A stretch of DNA of 64,000 bases from Candidatus Hydrogenedentota bacterium (GTDB taxonomy: Bacteria; Hydrogenedentota; Hydrogenedentia; Hydrogenedentales; SLHB01), in NCBI GenBank assembly GCA_963745075.1, contig CAVUWV010000026.1, forward strand, positions 1 to 64,000, in the 5' to 3' direction. Position 1 is the first letter of the stretch. Each line of letters begins with the position of its first letter. Shown here piece by piece: positions 57,494 through 64,000 of this stretch. The position numbers were made by a program, and so were the translations under genes. The notes beneath the pieces were generated by a model that saw only the letters and a program-made list of their open reading frames with translations, did no database searches and had not been told where the DNA came from.

Positions 57494-57587
57494 AGGGATC
57501 TCCCAACGTTTCGTTTAGGGGATTGATATGAAGACCGGCCCGCGCACGATGGCCTCAGGCGCCGCGCGGGCCGATACAACTCATTAC

Positions 57588-58919
57588 TTACGATTTCGCC
57601 CGTTCAACGACAGCTTTTCCTGCGTCGATGGCTTGGGCAACGATGGTCGGTCCCAACTGGTCGCCGTAGAACGAGACGCCGGGTTCGTAGCCGCCTTGCG
57701 TGTACTCTTCGGGAGGAAGAATGTAACTGATCCATTCATTGCCGAGTCCGACGACGATGGGATGTTCGGCGCCGTCTTTCCGCAGGGCGTCTTTGACCTG
57801 CACGCCGAGGGAGGACGTCATCTCGCCCGGTATTGACACAGCGACGAGGCCGCCAACGCGCAACACGCCCAGATAGGAGGTCTCGGGAGAGAGGGTATTA
57901 ACCAGCGTCGTGATGTTCTCCGGGGTCAGGCCGTACTCCGGGCCGGCGGAGTCCAACAGAGCCGCCGGGGCGACGCGTTCCGGAAGTTTCAGCGTGGTCA
58001 TTGAATAATCGAGGGATACATCGGCTGCGGTCTCGATCGTGGGCACAAAGTCCAGCACCTGAATGGCAAGCTTCCGTCCATAGTCCTCCGCTTTGGCAAA
58101 CTCGCTCGGGCCCTCGCCACCGGCCGGAGAGATATCGCCCTCCGCGCCGTTCGTGTACATGCACGTCACGCCGGGAAGAAACGCTTCGATTTCCCGCTGC
58201 AAATACCCTGGCCACCCCGACGAAACCTGCATGACTTTCTCGGACATGTACGTGGGGTGTGCGGTCCAGTTGATGAAGATGACGAAGGGCTTGCCATCCA
58301 TCGTATCGAACCGGGTGACGGTCAGTTCATTGTCCACAACCGGATCGTGTCGCCGGTTGCGGTTCATGCCTTCCAGATGTTTGGAGGCCGTGCCCACGCG
58401 TACGGGTTGATAGGACTGGTCGGCATCCGTAATCGCCTGCGCGATTCGATCGACGGTGAAGGTGAGCAACGACTCGTCGAAGATTCCAATGGCCTTGTTC
58501 TGGAAAATGTTGGCGCGGTTCATGGCATTCATCTCGGTAGACGCATGACAATGGCTTCCCGTGAGCATGAGCGTGTCGGACGTGATGCCCGTATCGGCGA
58601 TTCGCGTCAGGACTTCATCCCGTAACGAACGGGGAATCCCGAGCAAATCCAACGTCACAAGGCAGTACTTCTTGTCACCCTGCTTGAGGATTAGTGCTTT
58701 GCAACGGGCATAGTCATGAATGCCCGTTGCGGGCGCATTTTGGCGTTCGCCATAACCGCCCAGGGGCACGTGATATTGATTGGTATCCGGCGTGATGTTG
58801 GAGGTTGCCACGCCTGCCAGTAGTGGCTCGGCGCCCAGTGCCAACGGTGCCGGTGCCATGCCGATCACTACACACAATCCAACCATTACCATGAAATGAC
58901 GTATGCAATTGTTAACCAT
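57588..58919 (-). CDS. Neutral/alkaline ceramidase-like secreted hydrolase
   Basis: SNITP...LGGYG, GIHD, GSHCHA, NRNRR, NWTAHPT, GAEGDISP, IPGE, SYI...GGYE. Confidence 0.85.
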   Translation of the reverse strand: MVNNCIRHFMVMVGLCVVIGMAPAPLALGAEPLLAGVATSNITPDTNQYHVPLGGYGERQNAPATGIHDYARCKALILKQGDKKYCLVTLDLLGIPRSLRDEVLTRIADTGITSDTLMLTGSHCHASTEMNAMNRANIFQNKAIGIFDESLLTFTVDRIAQAITDADQSYQPVRVGTASKHLEGMNRNRRHDPVVDNELTVTRFDTMDGKPFVIFINWTAHPTYMSEKVMQVSSGWPGYLQREIEAFLPGVTCMYTNGAEGDISPAGGEGPSEFAKAEDYGRKLAIQVLDFVPTIETAADVSLDYSMTTLKLPERVAPAALLDSAGPEYGLTPENITTLVNTLSPETSYLGVLRVGGLVAVSIPGEMTSSLGVQVKDALRKDGAEHPIVVGLGNEWISYILPPEEYTQGGYEPGVSFYGDQLGPTIVAQAIDAGKAVVERAKS

Positions 58920-59006
58920 TCCCCTGTGAACCCTTTCTGTTTCGGCGTTGCCTGGCAGGCGAAAACCTCGTAGGACAGGCTCCGGCGGTTCGAGCGCCGC
59001 ATGGGC

Positions 59007-59945
59007 TTAGCCACCCCCCGCCTTCTCCCCTTTCGTGGCAAGATACTCGTTCAAAGGCTTCTCGAAATCCTTGCGCATTTCCTCCGGGGCGAGTTGAATC
59101 GCTTTCTTCTGCTGTTCGATGGCGCCGTCGACATCTCCGGTCAGGAAGAGTGCGCGCGCATACGTATCCCGGACGGAGGGGTTCTTTCCTTTGCTGGCGG
59201 TCATCGCTGCTTTGGCGATTTTCAACGCGAGGGTTGGGTTGCGGACGTCCTTGTTGGTGTGCGTAAGCAAAGTCCAACCAACCGCGTTCATTAGATCGGC
59301 GCTTGCGCTATGCTCCTTCAACATCTTCTCCGCCAACGCATTTGCCTTCTCGGAATCGCCACGCTGGCAGTAGCCCATGAATTCGGAGAACAACTTTTCA
59401 CGGACGGCCATCAGCTCCATCTCGCGTTGCGCGGCGGCGATGTCGTACGTCCCGGCAAGAATATCATCCAAGGCAACGTCGAGACCGGCCATGGGATGTC
59501 CCAACCAAGCGACTTGGCCTTTCTTGTTAACAATGAACGCAGTTGGAATACCATTCTGTCCATAGCGGCCCATGTAAGCCGCAGACGTTTTGCCTGCATC
59601 ATCAACAGCTACGGTATAGTCCATTTTGTCGCCCATCTGATCTACGAAAGGTTTCACCGTAGCGGCGTCTTCCTTGCTCACGCCGACAAACACGACGTTC
59701 TTGTCCCGGTATTGTTTCTGCAAATTCGTTAAATGGGGAATGCTCTTCCGGCACGGTCCGCACCACGTCGCCCAAAACTCCACCACGTAGGTCGTCTCAC
59801 CCGGAGCAATCGTCACGGGATCGCCTTTCACCCACGTCGCGATATCCAGTGGGGCTGCCGCGTCACCCAGCTTGGCGTCTCCGTCTGCAGTCGCATAACC
59901 GGTAACACACAGCACAACGCTAAGGATCCGTACCACAAGGTTCAT
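59007..59945 (-). CDS. TlpA/redoxin-family thiol-disulfide oxidoreductase with TPR tail
   Basis: EFWATWCGPC, GIPTAFIV, WLGHP; DTYARALF TPR. Confidence 0.92.
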   Translation of the reverse strand: MNLVVRILSVVLCVTGYATADGDAKLGDAAAPLDIATWVKGDPVTIAPGETTYVVEFWATWCGPCRKSIPHLTNLQKQYRDKNVVFVGVSKEDAATVKPFVDQMGDKMDYTVAVDDAGKTSAAYMGRYGQNGIPTAFIVNKKGQVAWLGHPMAGLDVALDDILAGTYDIAAAQREMELMAVREKLFSEFMGYCQRGDSEKANALAEKMLKEHSASADLMNAVGWTLLTHTNKDVRNPTLALKIAKAAMTASKGKNPSVRDTYARALFLTGDVDGAIEQQKKAIQLAPEEMRKDFEKPLNEYLATKGEKAGGG

Positions 59946-60348
59946 CTTTCGTGCTCCTCGTTGATGACGGCAGCGTCAGCCGTCCTGCACAAGACCCGCA
60001 AAGCGTTGCGGATTCGCCTACGCCAATTACAGGTCTTAACCATCCTTGCCACCTCGCGCTAAAGATTATGCCAACGAACGGGATCTTTCAACTTCGATAA
60101 TGCCGAATTGGCGCCAGCGTTCACCCATTCATGAATGATCGAATTCCGGTGAAACCCTGTTGGGTCACAGCACCCCGATGCGGTTCGGCCAAATGCCCGA
60201 TCCCGTACCGTCCTCTGTATGTTCTTACGGCTCAACCGGTAGCCATGGCGCTACGACCGGTCTGTTTGCGTGAATCCCGTAACGATGGTATAGATCGGAA
60301 GAGGTTAATCCGTATCGAATCTTAGCCAACGCAAGAAAGGGAGCACAC

Positions 60349-60423
60349 ATGTCTGCGCTGATAATTTTGGTTATTTGGTCAATCCTGGGTTATCTGCTTT
60401 TCGGCGGAATGACGCCTTTCTGA
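60349..60423 (+). CDS. Unannotated 24-aa hydrophobic small protein
   Basis: AAAGGGAG RBS then ATG; MSALIILVIWSILGYLLFGGMTPF*; promoter-like TTGCGT-N17-TATAGA at 60266-60294. Confidence 0.55.
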   Translation: MSALIILVIWSILGYLLFGGMTPF

Positions 60424-60528
60424 TGATCCCAACTTGAGAGCGGAGGCGATTTCCGTTAGGCCAACCCGGTTCACACAGGTTGGGATCGTGTTGAACAACT
60501 CGCGCAGCAAACAGCAAGAGACTGGTTG

Positions 60529-63252
60529 CTACTGTCCATATCCCAATGCGTTGAGATTCTCGCGGTCTTCCTCGGTCAGTTCGGGGACAGAGGTGCGCTT
60601 GTGGGCCGGCGATTCGTACCAAATGGCGATGGTCGGCTGCTCCGAATCCATCGTAGGAATCGGATCGGGCTGTGGGAAACTCCGCGCCGTGTGATCGAGG
60701 ACCATGCGCAGGTCCTTGGTTTCAATCGGGGCATCTTGGCCCAAATACACGAGGATTGGAACATTGCTGTCGGGAGCACTCTTTATATCCAGCGATAGAG
60801 ATGACTCACTGTTCGCCGTGCGCAAAACGAGTTCGTCTTCCGTTGTGAACTGATCCCAAAGCAGTTCGACACGGTGGGGAGTTCGATTGATGTTGTGGGT
60901 AAAGTCTCGCCGGTCGCCTTGCGCTAACGGGCTGGAAACAATGGTGTCCTCGGTATTGACCGCGATCGTTGCGGAGACTGGAGTTCGGTTGTACGACAAG
61001 GAAAAGTGCCACCCATCCGGCCTTTCCGCAAAAAAGTCTTTGCGCTTCTGCTCCAACGTTGCCATTTCGGGAGGGGGCGTTTGGTGTAGATCCACGAGTT
61101 CCTCGGGATCTCGCTGCAAATCATAAAACTGTGAAGTGGAGTGCCGGGGCAAATAAATGAGTTTGTATTGGGGTGTTCGGACCGCTTGCTGTGACATCCG
61201 CTGAATATAGGCGAATGAACGGCCGCCCTGGCCATCTCTGATGACCGGCAATAGACTTCTCCCATCGATCTGGCCCGCGTCTCTCGATGGGTCAATGACG
61301 TCCAACACGGTTGGAAAGATGTCGATGTTCTGAACCAATTCCGAAATCCGCGTTCCGCCATATTCGCCATTGGGGAATCTGATGAGAAGCGGCACCCGCG
61401 CGCACTCGTCAAACACTTGCGAATGACCGTAAAGGCCATGCTCCGCAAACTCTTCACCATGGTCGGACGTCAGGATGATGAGGGATTGGTCGTAAAGGTT
61501 CAGTCGCTTTAACTCGTCAAAGAAGCGGGTAATTTCATAATCCACCATTCGAATACAGTCGTCGTAAAGGGCAATGCAATATGCCTTTTCTTCGTCGGAG
61601 ATCGTGATCTCACCCCGATTCGCCGCGCTCATAAACTCTTCGGTAGGAGGAAAATCAGAATCGACCCGCTTGAATGAAGGCGGCGGATCGAACGCTTTCG
61701 CGAAGTGCAGGAAGGATGGGTTACCCGGATCGTAGGGTGTCGTATAGCCCATGCTGGAAATCTTCTGGTGACAATCTCCATTGTGAAGGAATAGAAACAG
61801 GGAAGGCGTGGGATGCGCGCTCAGCCATTGGGACGCCCGAATATTGGTATCCGAGATTTTTCGCAGGGGGACGGTTGGCACGTCGTAGAGGTCAAAGCCT
61901 TGCGCAAATCCCCAACTGGGCGCCAGCCAGTACTGGAATCCGGTGAATCCGGCGGCGAGATAGCCCTCTTCACGCGCCACGTCCGCCAGTGTCACAATCG
62001 ATTCGGCGAGAACGGAATCGGCCGTTGCCCCGTGTGTTTTCGGATACAGCCCCGATAACATGGATGCATGGGAAGGCATCGTCCAGGTCTCAGGAACGAT
62101 GGCGTTCTCGAACAGCACGGCCTCCTGTGCCGCCCAGGCATCGAGGTTTGGCGTCGTCTCTCGTTTGTAGCCGTAGCACGAAAGGTGATCCGCGCGTAAG
62201 GTGTCACACGAAATGAGAATGACGGGAATGGCCTTCTCAGGTGCATCGCCATAGACGATAGGATCGCCCCAGTAGAAGTAATCATGGTGCTTCGTATTGA
62301 GATGATCGACTTCCAGTGTGAACGTGACTTGCTGACCTGCGAAGGCATTGAGGTCGATCTTCTTTCCCGCCCACGAATTTCCCCGAGCGTAAAGTCCGGG
62401 GTAAACCTTTTCGTTCAACAGTTCCATCTCGGGACTCTGAGGTGCCTTCATGCGCACAATCATTCGCCCCCTGCCCACTCGGTCCCCCACTCCGAGCGCA
62501 ACCTCGAACGTGCCCCCAGGCGGCACCGTCACGGTCCACGGCGGTTGCGTCCCGAACACAACTTCTCGAGTTTCCTCTCCTACCGTCAAGCGTTCGGGGC
62601 CTTCGGGAGGGACGTAGACCAACTGCATCCCGGCAATTTCTACGTCCGTCGGCACGTCCGACGGTGTGAGAACAATTCTCGTCAGGATACCGTGCCAATA
62701 CCCTGGCGCCGCCGACTGAAGGGCGATGCGGTATTCATGGAACTCGCCATCGGGAAACAGCGAAAACGCCACGGTAGAGCCCACTATGTCGTCGCCGCTC
62801 AAGTCCGTGAACCACGTCACGTTCCCCGTTTCGCCGGCCCCGGTCCGCATTTTCAGAACCAACGTGTTGTAGCGATCCGTGGACTCGTCGAGGGGGATCG
62901 TAATCGCGGACGGTTCCGTTACCTGGCTGACATGTAGACCCTTCGAGTCGGTCGTAACACCCACGTCACTGGGCAATACCGACACCGATTCGAGATCGAG
63001 TGATAGCGGGTCAACGTGGACTTGTCGTATGCGCTTCCAACGTTCCTCCACGAGACGGGCCGGGCGGCTCGAAGGCTCTGTAACATACGGCTCTTGCCGT
63101 TCTTGCGCAACAGCGGCGGATTCGTCCGAAGATTGCCGAGGCGTTGCCGATGGCGTACAACCCTGGGGGAGCAGCGCGCCCAGAAAAGCAATCAGTGAAA
63201 ACCCGAGACTCCAGGACATGCGAATGCCCAAGCCCTGACGCACTGCCAGCAC
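60529..63252 (-). CDS. Sulfatase-fold protein with long N-terminal extracytoplasmic domains (start uncertain, about 63219-63318)
   Basis: ILISCDTLRADHLSCYGY, WTMPSHASMLSGLYP, TSDHGEEF, RVPLLI, IDIFPT, DGRSL, YDLQRDPEE, LNALGY. Confidence 0.87.
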   Translation of the reverse strand: MLAVRQGLGIRMSWSLGFSLIAFLGALLPQGCTPSATPRQSSDESAAVAQERQEPYVTEPSSRPARLVEERWKRIRQVHVDPLSLDLESVSVLPSDVGVTTDSKGLHVSQVTEPSAITIPLDESTDRYNTLVLKMRTGAGETGNVTWFTDLSGDDIVGSTVAFSLFPDGEFHEYRIALQSAAPGYWHGILTRIVLTPSDVPTDVEIAGMQLVYVPPEGPERLTVGEETREVVFGTQPPWTVTVPPGGTFEVALGVGDRVGRGRMIVRMKAPQSPEMELLNEKVYPGLYARGNSWAGKKIDLNAFAGQQVTFTLEVDHLNTKHHDYFYWGDPIVYGDAPEKAIPVILISCDTLRADHLSCYGYKRETTPNLDAWAAQEAVLFENAIVPETWTMPSHASMLSGLYPKTHGATADSVLAESIVTLADVAREEGYLAAGFTGFQYWLAPSWGFAQGFDLYDVPTVPLRKISDTNIRASQWLSAHPTPSLFLFLHNGDCHQKISSMGYTTPYDPGNPSFLHFAKAFDPPPSFKRVDSDFPPTEEFMSAANRGEITISDEEKAYCIALYDDCIRMVDYEITRFFDELKRLNLYDQSLIILTSDHGEEFAEHGLYGHSQVFDECARVPLLIRFPNGEYGGTRISELVQNIDIFPTVLDVIDPSRDAGQIDGRSLLPVIRDGQGGRSFAYIQRMSQQAVRTPQYKLIYLPRHSTSQFYDLQRDPEELVDLHQTPPPEMATLEQKRKDFFAERPDGWHFSLSYNRTPVSATIAVNTEDTIVSSPLAQGDRRDFTHNINRTPHRVELLWDQFTTEDELVLRTANSESSLSLDIKSAPDSNVPILVYLGQDAPIETKDLRMVLDHTARSFPQPDPIPTMDSEQPTIAIWYESPAHKRTSVPELTEEDRENLNALGYGQ

Positions 63253-63598
63253 CGCGCCTCCCTGCGATACCTGCTTCAAGAGCGCCGGATCGGGAACACG
63301 TAACCGCGGACGCTTCATCGATATCCTGCCAACTACCGGGACCATTGGTTTACGCACTTGCATCAAAAGAACCAAGGTGTATGCAGCCAGAAACTTACTA
63401 AAACTAAGAATAGCATCTTGACGCCTCCATATGCCAGAGAAGAAAACGCCGAGGCGGAGCGATCGACCCCGCGTTGCGCGGTTGCGGAAAGAAGCAAACA
63501 CGCATTGCCACCGTTGGCGACGTTTTTGGTATCCTGCGATCAAATAACCAATACGACCACGCATTCGTTCTCCGCGAACGTCGAAGGAGATTCTCAGC

Positions 63599-64000
63599 AT
63601 GAACGATCGGAGTATTACGCGTCGCACATTTGTTTTTGGGAGCGCACTCGCGGCGGGCGGATTGCTTTCGGTACGCGCGGGCGCACGCGCCGTATCGCCG
63701 AATGAGAAGCTCAATACGGCCCACGTCGGCGTCGGGGGCAAGGGACGCGGCCATCTGAAATTCTGCTTGAACTACGAAAACGTGGTTGCCCTCTGCGACG
63801 TCGACGACAAGGCATCCGCCGAAGCCTATGGTTGGTGTCCGGATGTACCGAAGTACCGCGACTGGCGCGAAATGCTGGAGAAACAGAAAGACATCGACGC
63901 GGTCGTCGTCACAACGCCCGATCACACGCACGCGATCATCGCGATGGCCGCCATGGAACTCGGCAAACATGTCTATGTCGAGAAACCCATGGGCCACACG
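63599..64000 (+). CDS. Tat-exported Gfo/Idh/MocA oxidoreductase, 5' part (runs off the window; absent from the ORF track)
   Basis: AAGGAG RBS; MNDRSITRRTFV, GVGGKG, VALCDVD, YRDWREML, DAVVVTTPDHTH, GKHVYVEKP. Confidence 0.92.
   Translation, partial: MNDRSITRRTFVFGSALAAGGLLSVRAGARAVSPNEKLNTAHVGVGGKGRGHLKFCLNYENVVALCDVDDKASAEAYGWCPDVPKYRDWREMLEKQKDIDAVVVTTPDHTHAIIAMAAMELGKHVYVEKPMGHT

Noticed and set aside
63320..63741. N-terminal extension of the 1070-aa sulfatase ORF
   Set aside because: Overlaps a clear + strand oxidoreductase starting at 63599 and the intergenic promoter region
1..64000. CRISPR array, tRNA, rRNA, IS element or prophage
   Set aside because: No regularly spaced direct repeats, cloverleaf or rRNA signatures, transposase or phage genes seen

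Overview
GC-rich bacterial chromosomal segment with no rRNA, tRNA, CRISPR array, prophage or transposase. The gene content (Tat-exported Gfo/Idh/MocA oxidoreductases, DUF1080, sialidase-like, FG-GAP, ceramidase-like and sulfatase genes, plus flagellar genes) suggests a glycan-degrading lineage such as Hydrogenedentota or a PVC-like organism; this is inference only. Order: glycan enzymes and dinB (1-14.8 kb); APC-USP transporter; an Rrf2-led nitric-oxide module (Rrf2, DUF6448-like, DUF1858-NnrS-like-DUF1858, qNor, Ric; 17.2-23.6 kb) with a perfect sigma70 promoter and an NsrR-like operator; a sigma28-driven EF-hand orphan; YajD-like HNH; anaerobic sulfatase maturase; modABC; a sigma54-driven DUF362/polyferredoxin pair; pdxH; sigma54-driven pta-ackA next to a FixL-like heme-PAS kinase and a REC-PAS sigma54 activator; fliM-fliN-fliA-...-fliK-flhB-like; further glycan enzymes; a redoxin; an unannotated 24-aa membrane peptide; a Thr-type sulfatase-fold protein. 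At least five unrelated REP-like palindrome families occur, one of them in frame at the 5' end of modA. Four genes carry +1 single-base insertions that look like long-read errors. Best candidates for undescribed biology: the NO module with its putative N-terminal metal-hook protein, and an O2-sensing sigma54 regulon. All calls come from reading motifs; no database searches were run.
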